From positions 4,402,001-4,466,000 of the forward strand of contig JBHGNT010000022.1 of NCBI GenBank assembly GCA_043228905.1: 64,000 nucleotides of DNA, in the 5' to 3' direction. The position numbers and the translations under genes are program-made. The notes beneath the pieces were generated by a model that searched no databases, was not told the DNA's origin, and worked only from the letters and a program-made list of their open reading frames with translations. The stretch is from Azolla caroliniana (taxonomy: Eukaryota; Plantae; Polypodiophyta). Each line of letters starts with the position of its first letter. The stretch's first letter is position 1. Shown here in pieces: positions 47,846 to 60,770 of this stretch.

Positions 47846-49749
47846 CTGCTCTCTTCACTCTCTTGCACACATAAGAGTGGCAATGCACAATAATCAACAA
47901 CTTTTCAGCAACCCTAAACAGTTTACCCTAAGTCATATTTATACACATATGACTTTCGGGCTATTTACAAATATAGCCTCTAGGGCCCTTGGCAAACATA
48001 TTCACAAATATGTCCCCGCATCCGGATCTCTCTCCGGGTACATTCGTCATCCGGCTCCGTAGCCGGGGTCTTCATCATCCGGCTCCGTAGTCGGGGTCTT
48101 CATCATCCGGATCCGAAACCGGGTCTTCATCATCCGGTTCCGATACCGGGTCTTCATCATCCGGGTCTTCATTCCCGATTCCCGGACATCCGGCCATCCC
48201 ATCTGGAGGGACCGTAATCCCAACAGTCGTCGATGAAGGTGAGGTAGTATCAGCATCCGTTGATCGTCGAAGTTTGAGCTGGTCCCCATACATACGAATG
48301 TATGAAATCAAGGAGGCCTTTGATTACGTAGCTCTCCTTCGGAAATGGGAGTCGATATTGTTTGCCGCGTTGACATGCTTGGCATACTCGGTCGACTCGT
48401 TTTGACTCAAAGGCTGGAAGTCCTATGATGACTCCCTTTGATTGCTTCGCTCGAAGCCATTGAAGGTTGATGTGGACGATTCTCTTGTTCCACAACTCCA
48501 TGTTTGTCTGAGTTTTGAGACCTTTGACATACATGGTCGATGTCCCCTTGTTCGAATCAAGAATGAAAATTTGACTGTCTCTCTGTCCCTTAGCTATGAG
48601 TCGTCCATCTTTCTCGATGAAGCATCGTTCGTTGTTGAAACTAACATGATGCCTTGTTCCACGATTTGGCTGACTGAGACCAAATTCTTTGTTATTGTGG
48701 GCACGTGCAAGTCATTCTTGATGCAATTGTTCTGGCCGTTGTTGCTGATGTGTCAAATGGGATGTGTGGTGTCGTCTCCCGTCTCTATGTAGCCGGGTCG
48801 ATCCGGAATTCTTAGGTCACGAGACCACTCTTGGTGTGACGTCATATGATGTGAGGCACCAAAGTCAACGAACCACATGTCTTCTGAGTTGGAGGTGCTT
48901 GTGGACTCGGAGGCCGACATAGAGTTGACTTTATGTCTCATTACGAATAGCCCACCATAATCATCTTATTCGGAATTGGAGGCGTAATTTATGAGTTGTC
49001 AGCTTGTCAAAGCCAACTCACTTCTCTTCTTTCGGCACTCCTCTTCGCGGTGGACGATTTCGCCACAATAGTTGCAAGTAGCGGGCCTCGTTTGCCGACC
49101 TTGTTCGGCATGGAATCTCCCCATTCTTCCGAAGGTTCCTCGATGGCTTCCATGTTGTTGTCAAAGGTTTGAGTTCCCTTCATGAGATGGGTTGAATCGA
49201 CCTCTTCTACTACCTCTACCTCATCCTCGGCCACCATCCGAATTCGAGAAGAACATTTTTCCTTCCCACGTCTTGGTCTTGGTTTGGATGTGGTTCTCTT
49301 CAACCAATAGCATTGATTGAAGGTCGAAGAACGAAGGAGGGTTTTCCCTTGCTAAGATTGCCATCCTTAACGAGTCGAATCGGTGTGCGAGGCCACCGAA
49401 GCATACTTGAACCATGTCTTCTTTTTTGACGTTTACATTGATGGAGCCAAGTGAGTCACAAATGCTCTTGATCTTGGCAGTGTAGTCTGACACGTGTATA
49501 TCTTTTCGTTGAATGTTGTTCAACTCTTGCTGGAGTTGAAGCTTGCGGGCGGTCGTGTTGGCGGTGAACATCTTCTTCAAATTCTCCCATGCCTCTTTAG
49601 GCATCCTGGAGTCTCAAATGTGGCTAAGCATGTGATCGTGGACAAATGTTTCAAAGCAATACATTATGTACAGAAATAACGCTCATCCACGACCGAGTCT
49701 TCAACAAGGAATAGAAGAGAACAATCTGAAACCGATACGACACAGGATG

Positions 49750-52700
49750 TGTAAAAAATAGCGTGCGGAAGCAGGTATGAAGACAGAATAGAGGAAGGAA
49801 ACTCAGGTTCAATGGAGAGCTTGGGCTTACACGATATACGCGGGAGAGACAGAGAGAGAAACACAGAAAACTCTATATTCAATAATAATACTCAATCTGT
49901 ACATAAGACGTGCTCAGTGAGCACTTTTATACAAGTCCTGGAAGGACTGACCAAAGTACTGACAATACTTCAATGCTCATCAAGAGCCCCTACACTAACT
50001 CCCAAATATATTCCTCACGGAATATCTTTCCTAACGACCTCCCGGTTTACGCACTCGGCCTAACCGATCGGTCCCAACCGATCCGGTCCTCGGCTTCTTC
50101 AGCCGATCCGGCCGATGTTGAGCTTGTCTCTCAACACTCCCCCTCAAGCTCAACTTGAGGCTCTTCGGGATCTTCACAGCACCGGTTCCTCCTGGCTTCA
50201 CGCCTCGCTCGCGCTCCTCGACCTGTTCGACTCCGCGCGCTTCGACCCTTCCAGTCGGCTTGTCAGCTCATGCGGCCCTTGTAAGCTCTTCTGCTGTTGC
50301 GGTGTTGACGCTTCTTCTGCTGCCTTTTCTTCCGCTTGGGCCTCGGTTGATTCAGCGTGTCTGAATCAAACATCCGAACCGACTCGGCTACGTCCGATCG
50401 GTTTTCGCTCTCCTCCGAGTTGGCTGTCTCCAACTCGTCTTCGGTCTTCTTACTTTCGATGGCATCATCTTCCCCATGCGTGGTTGGCATCGGTTCTCTC
50501 CTTCGGCTGCTCCCCTTCTGTCCGCCTTCGGACTTTTCCGTGGGTCCACCCTCAGCTTCTTCAGCCGATCCGAACTCGAACTCGACAACCGAATCTATCG
50601 ACTCGGACTCGGTGTCACGGTCTCCGCTCCTTTCCTGCTGCCTTGCTTGGTCGTTCGGGACTGTTCTACCCCTCAAGTTCGGCACATCGAGGTGACGCAA
50701 CCCGAGCGCACCTGAGAATTGCTGCAACTTGTCCAGAACAAGAGGCTTGGTGAAGATGTCCGCATTCTGCCGATCCGTTGGAACGTACTAAAGTTCGACT
50801 TCACCGGAAAGGACATGCTCACAGACGAAATGATAGTGCACCTCAATGTGCTTGGTCCGTGCGTGGAAAACAGGGTTTTTCGCGAGCTGGATGCTGCTGA
50901 GGTTGTCGTAGTAGATCGTCGTCGGATCTGACACCTCCACTTGCAGATCCTTAAGCAGTCGCTTCAACCATATGGCTTCGCATGTCGCGATAGCCGCTCC
51001 TCGGTACTCAGCTTCCGTGCTCGACAGTGCAACTATCGGCTGCTTCTTACTGCTCCACGCGATCGCGGCACTCCCGAGGGAGAACGCGTATCCAAACATG
51101 GATCGGCGATCGGCGGCGTTGCCAGCCCAATCAGCATCGGTGTAGCCGACTAACTGCGCGGCCGCACCGGTCCGATATAGTAGTCCCCGGTCCTTACTGC
51201 CGTTGACATACCGAAGTATGTGTTGCGCGCACTGAAGGTGCTCCTCGATAGGTCGCGCCATGAACTGACTGATCACCTCGACCGGGTAACTGAGGTCGGG
51301 TCGGGTGATGGTCAAGTATATGAGGCTTCCGACAATTTGTCGGAACCTTGTCGGGTCGCATACCTTTCCCGTATCGGGACGAAGCTTGACGGTTCTGTCC
51401 AGAGGAGTCGAGATGGACTTACAGTCGGCCATCCCGAGTTTGAAGAGCATACTCAGCACGTAATGACGTTGGCTGATCAATATGCCTTCGGGGGTACGGA
51501 TCACTTCATGTCGAACGATGCCGCAAGCTAGAGCTTCACGCGGTCGATTTCACCTAGGTCGGCGCCGGTGATGACTAAGTCATCAACATACAGTAAAATA
51601 CTAACCGGTCTGAGTCGACCTTTCCGGATGAACAGGGAAGAGTCCGATTTGGACGTGACGAAGCCCATCCAACGCAGTTGTTGCGTGATCTTCGTGTTCC
51701 AGGCATGCGGGGCTTGCTTCAGTCCGTAAAGGGACTTCTTCAGTCGGCATATTGCCGAGGAGTTCGTTCCAGAGTGAAATCCGGGGGGCTGTACCATGTA
51801 CACCTGTTCCTCAAGGTCACCTTGCAGGAACGCATTCTTTACATCCATCTGATGTAAGTGCCACCCCTTGGCCGCGGCTACTACGAGCAAAACACGGACA
51901 GTCGTCATTTTCGCGACCGGCGCAAACGTCTCATCGTAGTCGATGCCGTGTTTCTGCGCGTAGCCCTTTGCCACTAGCCGAGCCTTGTACCGGTTGACCG
52001 AGCCATCGGTGTTGTACTTGACCTTGTACACCCACCTACACCCGATCGGCTTCACACCCTTCGGTGCGTCAACCAAGTCCCAAGTCTCGTTCTCTGCCAA
52101 TGCGTGCATCTCTTCCTCCATCGCGGCGCGCCAATTCGCGTAGCTCTCTGGCTCACGCACTTCCGCTACACGGGTCATGTACACATAATGATGCGCCATG
52201 TACTCGTTGTATCCGAACCGCAAAACAGGATTCTTCTAGCGGGTAGATCGGAGTAATCTCACATTAGCCGATGTCGAGGCCTTCTCGGTCGACGCGGTCT
52301 TCATCTTTAAAGACCTGTCACCGGTTCCCTCGGAGTCGGACTCGCGTCGGTCTGACTCGTTCCTTTCCGTGCCGGAATCCGACACCTTCTTCTCCCTTTC
52401 TCTTTGCGCGTAAGCCGTCTCCTCGGCTTCCTGCGCGGGAACACGGATTGGACTCGGGGTTCGGAGTCGGGGGCTTGTACCAGGACGCAGACTCGTCATC
52501 CACAACGTCGCGGCTAACACACGCTTGTTTGGTGCGAGGGTTATAGCACTTATAACCCTTCTGCTCGTCCGAGTAACCGGCCAAGATGCATTTCTCGGCC
52601 TTTGCGTCCAGCTTCCTCCTTTTCTCCTTCGGTACATGCACATACGCAATGCTACCGAACACCCTCAAGTGTCGCAAGTTCGGCTTTGTTCCGAAATATA

Positions 52701-55191
52701 GCTCGTGCGCTGACACTTTGTCTCCGATCCGGTTCTGGATGTATACCGTGGTCCTTACCGCCTCGGCCCAGTAGAACTTGGGCAAGCTCTTCCCCTCAAG
52801 CATTGCCCGTGCCGCTTCCACAATCAACCGGTTCTTCCTCTCGGCCACGCCGTTCTGCTCTGGCGTGTATCTACAACTGAATTCGCGTTGAATTCCCATT
52901 TGTTGTAGATAACCGTTGAATTGACCGGAAAAGTACTATTTTCCGCCATCTGACCGCAGACACTTGATCTTTCGTCCCGTTTCGGTTTCCACGAACCCTT
53001 TGAGGTCCCGGAAATAGTCGAAGACTTCGCTCTTCCTCTCAATGAGCTAGATCCACGTGTGCCGCATGTGGTCGTCGATGAAGGAGACGAGATATCGGCT
53101 CCTGCCAAGACTAACATTTTGTGCCGGCCCCCACACATCTGAGTGTATAAGGTCGAGCTTGTTCCGGCTCCGGTTTCGCTCGTTGGGGAAAGGAAGTCGA
53201 TGTTGCTTCCCGAGCTGGCAGGCTTCACAAATTTGTGCCTTTCGGCCACTAAATTTGGGCAATCGAAAAACTACCTGTTTCGATTGCAGATCTTGAAGCT
53301 GTTGGTGGTTGACGTGGCCTATCCGCTTGTGCCACAAGTCGATGTCCGACTCGGTCTTTTGTCCCTTCGCGAACATTGCGGTGCCGCCGTCAGTGGAGTC
53401 GAGGATGAACATCCTCCTGTCTCTGCGCCCTTGCGCAATCACCCGGCCTTCTTCCTCAATGAAGCACCCGAGGTGTGTAAACCGAACCTCCATCCCTTGG
53501 TCGACGATCTGTCTGACCGAGACCAAGTTCTTCGTGATTGTCGGAACGTGCAGCACGTTCATGAGTTTCCCTTTCTGCCCGACATGGCTAAGGGGAACTT
53601 CTCCAACATTCGCGATCAGATGCGGAGTGTCGTCTCCTGTTGCGACTACTCCCGGTTGTATCGGTTTTTCAAGGTACGAGAACCACTCCTTATGGCTCGT
53701 CATGTGGTTTGACGCGCCAGAGTCTACGTAACACACCTCGTCCGATCTCGGGGTGCTCTGTTTCATTGAGTTTGCTTAGTGTCTCAACACGAAGGCAGAC
53801 CCTTCTCCGGCTCTCCCGGAGTCTTCGGCGTAGTGCGATTGCTGCCGATTTCCCTTGTCGGTATCTCTGGAGCCATTTCTCTCCGAATCGGCGCGCTTCT
53901 TCCAGCACTCACTTTCCTTGTGGCCTTTCTTGCCACAGTACCAGCACTCCGCGATGGCCTTCCCTTGCCGGTTCTCATCGCTTCGACTCCCCCTGTTTCC
54001 GGAGGGTCCAGAGTTGCTGTCGGCATCACTTCGGTGCCATCTTCCTTGATCTCATCGGCCGCTTCCATTGCGTACCGACTCGCCTCGTCCGCCACGACCG
54101 CGGGGCCTTTCTCCCTCCGTGTACAACATCTTGTTGTCGGTGTGCGTGCTCGTCGACGCACCCGCGTGGTTCTCCTCTACCAGGAGCATCGACTGTAAGT
54201 CGAAAAAGGACAGTGTATTCTCCCGGGTACACACAGCCGTTCGGAACGCTCCGAACTTCGACGCCAAACCTCCGAGACAAATCTGGACCATCTTGTTCTC
54301 CTCGATGTTCACCTCTATGGAGGCGAGGGAGTCGCAGATATCCTTGATCTTCAAGGTATAGTCCGCCACCGACAAGTCGCGTTGTCGTAGGTTGCTCAAC
54401 TCCTGTCGGAGCTGAAGCTTCCTGGCTGTGGTGCTCGCGGCGAAAATCTTCTTCAGATTTTCCCACGCACCCTTCAGCGTCTTTGCATCCCGAACATAGC
54501 TCAGTAGTTGTTCGCCCACACACGACGCGAAGCAGTACAATACCCTGCTCGCTGATTGCTCCCACGACGGGAAGTCTCTGTGTGTTGATTCGGGTGCCGC
54601 GTCATTAGCTCCTTCGACATAACTCCAGTAGCCGTGCCCGAGCAGGTACTGGTGCATCTTGTAAGACCAAGACGCGTAGTTGGTTCTGTCGAGCTTCTCT
54701 GTTGGAAGCGAGCTCGCCATGCCTCTATCCATCGTTCTTCTTGTTCTTCTTTGTTAAGCTGTGTCGGCTGCAGAGAGGTTCTCAACCCTCGCGCTCTGAT
54801 ACCATGTAAAAAATAGCGTGCGGAAGCAGGTATGAAGACAGAACAGAGGAAGGAAACTCAGGTTCAATGGAGAGCTTGGGCTTACACGGTATACGCAGGA
54901 GAGACAGAGAGAGAAACACAGAAAACTCTATATTCAATAATAATACTCAGTCTGTACATAAGACGTGCTCAGTGAGCACTTTTATACAAGTCCTGGAAGG
55001 ACTGACCAAAGTACTGACAGTACTTCAATGCTCATCAAGAGCCCCTACACTAACTCCCAAATATATTCCTCACAGAATATCTTTCCTAATGACCTCCCGG
55101 TTTACGCACTCGGCCTAACTGATCGGTCCCAACCGATCCGGTCCTCGGCTTCTTCAGCCAATCCGGCCGATGTTGAGCTTGTCTCTCAACA
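49750..55191 (-). mobile_element. Full-length degenerate Ty1/copia element K
   Basis: 387-bp LTRs 49750-50136 and 54805-55191 differ by about 9 transitions. PBS 54793-54804, PPT 50137-50148 and TSD ggatg/agatg. Gag ATG at 54732 (MDRGMASSLPTEKL), then PR, INT, RT and RH. Confidence 0.96.
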
Positions 55192-56155
55192 AGATGTTTA
55201 CGTGGAAAACCCTAAACGTGAAAAAACCACGGGAGCCCATGGACTCCAACTATCACTATGAGAGGTGGAATACAAAGTGAGACTCAGAGGCAACGACCTC
55301 GAGCTCTATGTCTTCGCCAATGGCGGTTACAAACAGAAAACTAGTTCTATGTATATATATCTCTCTCTCACTCTATATATACAACAACTCTACAACAACT
55401 CACAATAACCACATACTAAAGTGATTGCCCTAAGTCATATTTATACTTATATGACATTTGGGCTATTTACAAATATAGCCTGCATGGGCTCACCATGAAA
55501 CATATTTACACATATATGTCCTTGGATCTAGTTTGTACCGAATCCATCCGGATTCACTCGATTTGGTTGCCAGGTCTCATCCAGAACCCTTCCAGATCCG
55601 GTTCCTTCATCCGGTTCTCACCCAGATCCCATCCGGAGGGACCGAATTCCCAACAAACTCCCCCTTCACTCTGGCATGGGATTTCTCGTAAATTCGATCT
55701 GTCTTTGGCATGCGTCCAGCTTGTCGGTTGAAAACACCTTGGTCAGCATATCCTATCTGTTCTCCTTCGTGTGCATCTTCATTAGCATTAAGTCTTGACC
55801 TTCTACCTTCTCCCGGAGCCAATGATATCTCCTCTAGATGTGCTTGGTCCAGGAATGGTAGGCCGTATTCTTCGCAAAGTGGATGGCACTTTGATTGTCC
55901 CAGTAGAGCCGGTATTCCTCTTGTCGGATCCCTAGCTCTCCAATGAGGTCCTTCATCCAGATTACTTGTCGGCTTCCACAACTGCCATGTACTCCGCTTC
56001 CGTTGTTGATAGTGCAACGAACTTCTACAACCTCGATTGCCACGATACGGCTCCCCCTGCATAAGTCATAACATATCCGTATCTGCATCAGCCGACATAT
56101 CTGAATCCGTGAATCCTTCTAGTGGGGGTTTACGTACGCCGAATCGGAGGCACAT

Positions 56156-56583
56156 TGTCACAGACACACCAAGCACGGACTAGGATGGAGCACAAATGAC
56201 AAGGCTACGAGGACCTTAAGGAGCTAGGAACGACATAAGAGAATGAAGATAGAGATGAAGAAGGAGAAAATATGGAATGAAACGAGAATACTAGATTGAT
56301 GTGTCAATGACTGGTGTTGTTCACCTTGAATTCCTTCAAGGTGAACTCAACTATTTATACTAAGTGGCATGCATACTTGTTGCACACATGTGATACAATA
56401 GAGCATGTAGGAAGTAGGTACGCATGCATGTGCCAAGTTTTAATAATACAAGGGAGAATTTATGCACATGATGCTAGCTAAAACCTATAATGAGGAAGTA
56501 TATACATGATTATATGCTAGATGTGTGGTTAACACATAACACTCGATTATAACATGGTCATGTCAAGAGTTCGAATCTTGACA
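56156..56583 (-). mobile_element. Solo LTR (428 bp) of a family not otherwise seen in the window
   Basis: TGTCA...TGACA termini and a perfect TSD cacat/cacat. It interrupts M at TSSMC|LRFG. A TATA-like gtataaatag lies on the minus strand. Confidence 0.9.
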
Positions 56584-57317
56584 CACATACTCGAGGTGCC
56601 TTTCAAATATCAGAGTATCCACATGCCCGCGTTCTAGTGCTCTTTTCCGGGATTGCTCATGTACAGACTCACCATTTCGACTACATATCCAATATCCAGT
56701 TGGGTACACACCATTGCGTACATCAAGCTCCTGGATAGCTTGCAGTTTCCCGGGAGTGTCAATCCGACCGGTGTCGTGAAGATTTCCGGCTATAGTGTGA
56801 AACCGGGGTGGAATAGGCAAGTCGGTGGTGTGCAACATGTGCACATGTATACTAGGATATGGTGTATAGAAAGAGAGGGGAAATTTTTGTCCCACATTGT
56901 AAGGTCCCTCCCTCCTTGGGCTATAAAAGGAAGGGAGGGGTCACTTATGAAGGGGTTGCCTATTTTGTGCGAGTAAGGTATACCACTTAGTCTAGGGTTC
57001 TCCCTCTTCCCATTTCGTTTTAGGGTTAGGGTTTCGGTTAGGGTTTTCTTCTTGGGTTTCTCTTTAGGGTTTTCGGATAGTCATTTTGGTGCGGCCATGG
57101 CAGCCACCATTGTTGTAACCATTCGTTGTTTTAATATAACTTGTTGAGCATCTTGCCTCCGCCGATCCCTCCTTCGATGTCGTGGTCTTATTCTTTCCTC
57201 TTCTCCTCTTGAGCTAAGCCTCCATATCATGTCCTATTCTTTCTCCTCCACTCCCTAGTCCAAGACCCCCGTGGTCCCGCCCCTTCTACACGCACGCGCG
57301 TAACAACGCGACATCTT

Positions 57318-57335
57318 TGGTGAACCCGACGTGAA
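57318..57335 (+). promoter_or_regulatory. Primer-binding site complementary to the tRNA-Trp 3' end
   Basis: tggtgaacccgacgtgaa, 4 nt after the 5' LTR end. Confidence 0.85.
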
Positions 57336-57350
57336 GGGTGGCAAGGGAGC

Positions 57351-60300
57351 ATGGAGATGGAAGAAGACTTGGACTTCGAGGAGATGATGGCAAAAATCGG
57401 GATGGAAGCCGGACGGAAGATGGCGAAGCGAGGTGCGGCTCAACAAGCCGTCGAAAGGGTGGTCAATCGAGTCGGCCAATTCAACGGGGACGATGTCCCG
57501 AGGTTCTTGGAAGCGTACGAGGCCGAGATGGCGAAAGGGGGCGTGGACGAGGAGATGCGGCTAGAGTATTTTCCTTGAGTGGCGGCCGCATTGGTGCACA
57601 AGGAGGTCAAGGAGCTACGAGAAGCTCACGAGTCGTGGGTGTCCTTGGAGGTAGCCCTATTGGAAGCGTGCGGATACACGAAACCGGAGTGAGTATGCCG
57701 GCAACCCGATGGGGAGCGGTCGGCAACAACGTGGCCCGCGAGCGGCAGAGAAGAGAGAGCGGCGAGTGAGTACGCACTACTGCCGGAAGAGAGCTCAACG
57801 CAAAACGGTTCGGAGGAGCTCGACCTAGAAGCGCTAATATGAGAGGCATGCGAGCTTGTGAAGGCGAAAATTTGAGCCGAAGAAGGGCTTGTTATGGAGA
57901 CGGGCCGGAGGCGATCGGAGGATGTGGAGGAAGAAGCCTCCCTAGACGTAGAAGACGGGGCCTATACGGAGGCCGGGAGAGCGTACGATGGCGAGATAGG
58001 AGAGGGTGCGGAGCAAGCGACCCTCTTGCCTTGCGGTGAAGGGACCGGTAACTACGGATTCGGGACATGGCGGCCCGAAACATCGAGTGAGGAGCGGACA
58101 AGCGGCGGTGCCGCGACCTTACACACACCGGTCCTAGAGACTCCGGCATCCGGCCCGAGAGCCGGTGTGAGACCTAGAGTGACGGATGGTGGCGGCGGCA
58201 AGGCGGGCAACCGAGACGACGGCATGGGAGAGATGGTGGCAAGCGTAATCGAGGTTTGCGGAATCGAAGATGGGGTAGCTGTGGACAACGACGACCGGAC
58301 GGAAGCGGCTACTGACACAACGAGTGGCGGTGCCGGGTCCTTACCCACACCAGTCCTAGAGGCTCCGGCGGCCGGCCCGAGTGCCGGCGTGAGACCTAGA
58401 GCGACGGGCCGTGGTGGCGACAAGGCGGCCTACCACGGCGACGAAGAGAACGAGGAAGAGATAGCCACGGACCACGACGTCCGAACGAAGGTGGCTACGA
58501 ACATAGCATCGACGAGTAACGATATCGGGACTTTTCCCACACCTATTCTAGAGACTTCGGCAGTCGGCCCCGAGAGCCCACGTGAGACCGGAGAGACAGA
58601 AGGTGGCGGCGGCAAAGCGGACGATCGAAACGACGACGAGGAAGGTCGTAGCGGACGGAGGCAAGACCTCTCGACACCGAGACCGGAGACTACGGCGGTT
58701 GCGCTCGAATGCCAACATAAGACCGGAGAGAAGGGCGGTGGCCGTGAGGAGGTGTGGCCCGGAGCGAACACGTAGGAAAATGAGGACGCGAGGCCCGGAA
58801 CAGGCATATACGAGAGGACCGACGGAGAGGTCGGGAGCGGCAAAGAGGAGAGAGTCGGGAACCGACCCAACCGGAAGATGGACCGGTCGATAATCCGACA
58901 TGACCGGAAGACGACGCGGAAGAACATTGTAGCGGGGTCTGGTCAACCGGGCCTGAACTGAAGAAGAGTTGGCAAGGTCGGATTTGTTCGGACAAACATC
59001 TACCGGCCGGTTACGATTACGGAAGGGAGCCGACCTAACCGGAACTCGATCGGCCGAGACCGATCCGGGCGAAGGCTAAGTTGGCACGGTTGGAGGTCGA
59101 GGCGAACGGGCCACAACACCCGGTGGGAGCCGGTGAGCGCGAGAAGGAAGCTAACCGGGCACGGTGATTACGGCTTGGCAGAAGACCAAGAGCGAGAGGA
59201 GCCCTCCACATCTATCCTTGAGACTTCGGCGGTTGCGGATCAACATAAGACCGGAGACACAACGGGTGGCGGTGAGGAGTCGGAAACCGGAACTGATGAG
59301 GCCACTGGAACGGGTACCCGGTGCGTGAAGACGGACGAGCACGGCCAAGACGGCAAGCCGGAGTCGAAAGGGGCTACGGCAAGAAAGGACGAAGAGACCG
59401 ACGCGGAGGTCGGGTCTACGACGGATGAGGCGCGTAAAACGGAGCATGCACTACGGCCAGCGAAGGGCCAAGAAGTAAGCATGCAACCGGAAGAGCGGCA
59501 ACGAGTGACCGACAACGGTGGACCAGTCGAGCCTTTGAGAGACAAGCACGTGGCGAGAGACGAAGCCGTAAGGTGCCGAGATCGGCGGATGGGTGGCGAG
59601 AGCGAAGGATGGTGCGCGGAGAACAACGGGGTACACACCGGGAAGAGAAAACGCAGCGGCTTCCCGGAGGACATACAAGGCCAAGCAGGCCAAGAGGGCG
59701 CAAGTGGAGGCGAGGCGGTAACGAGAGCCTCGAGGGACACCGACACCGAGGTCGGGATGACGGTACGCTCTACGGCGAGAGAGCACGACGGGCAAAGGAG
59801 AGGCAAGGAACGTGGAATGGGGTCGCCTAAGGGCCAAAGAATGAGCACATATTTGGGGGACAACATCGGCGCACGAGAAGAGCCTATGGAAGGCAAGCGC
59901 GGAGCAGGAAGAGTCGACACGCCGAGGTGTTCGGCATGCGGACACGATAAAACCAAAGGAGGAACATATGCGGCACGAAAAGGGCGGAATCCGGAGTACG
60001 ATCGGAGAGTTCAGGAGCGCACCCGGAGAACATACGAGCCTTTGCGAGGAATGCGCGCGGCGAGAGACGGAGCGGTGAGGTGCCGGTATCAGCGGATGAT
60101 CGACGAGCATGAAAGGCTATGTCTTGAGAACCGGAGGAGGTGCGTGAAGAGCAACGGGCTACGCGCCGGGAAGAGGAAGCACGGCTTCCCGGAAGGCATG
60201 CGAGGCCAAGTGGGCCAAGAGGACGAGAGTCGGGATGAAGCGGTAACGGGAGTCGCAAAGGACATTGACATGGTGGTCGGGATGACGGTACGCTCTATGG

Positions 60301-60770
60301 CGAGAGAGCACGACGAGCAAGGGAGAAGGAAGGAGCGCGTAATGGGGTCACGTAAGGACCGAAGAACGAGCACGCATTCGATGGACGACAACGACGCACG
60401 GAAAGTGCCTACGGAAGCCGAGTGCAGAACGAAGGGAGTCGGTACGAGGTGTTCGGGGCGAGGAGAAGGTCGAGCCGGAGGTGGAACACACGCGATACGC
60501 GAGGAGCGGCACCCAACGAGCAATCGAAGTAATCGGGGGTCTAACCGGAGGACATGCTCGGTGAGCGAAGGAAGGGAGACCGGATCGGCAATGGTGTTCG
60601 GGATGGCCGGTCGAAGAAGAAGGTGCATGCGCCGTACATGGCGGATCGGATGGAGCCGACGGTTCGGGGAAACGCGGTGGACGTGGTGGATCGGATGGAG
60701 TCGGCGGGTCGGGGCCGGCAAGACAGATCGGCGCCAGCAAGGGACCAGCAAGGCGGTTGGGTGTCGGTAA
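57351..60770 (+). pseudogene. Single long frame of L: Gag N-terminal domain plus repetitive disordered extension (~1140 codons, six internal stops)
   Basis: ORFs 57351, 57894 and 59133 share one frame, with stops at 57576, 57690, 57840, 57873, 58773 and 58959. AVERVVNRVGQFNGDDVPRFLEAYEAEM aligns with AVDRVVELEGQFDERNITKFLDSYGREM of I. Confidence 0.72.

Larger units (their letters stand above)
42670..48225 (-). mobile_element. Near-intact young Ty1/copia element O (Tork/Tnt1-like)
   Basis: LTRs 42670-43407 and 47512-48225 differ by about 4 substitutions plus repeat-number changes. PBS gctctgatacca 47497-47508 (tRNA-iMet), PPT 43410-43421 and TSD gttgt/gtcgt. Confidence 0.97.
41048..49646 (-). 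mobile_element. Ty1/copia element N (gag-PR-INT; RT/RH deleted; partial 3' LTR 41048-41486); host of O and M
   Basis: Gag PKEAWENLKK..TTARKLQL, WFVDFGAS and LWNKRIVH. The integrase motif FIDD|YSRYTW is split by O. The LTR end tcaaca at 41486 has a decayed PPT. Confidence 0.82.

Noticed and set aside
57018-57075. Interstitial telomere or chromosome-healing site
   Set aside because: Only a few dispersed units are present, and they occur in both LTRs, so they are part of the element.
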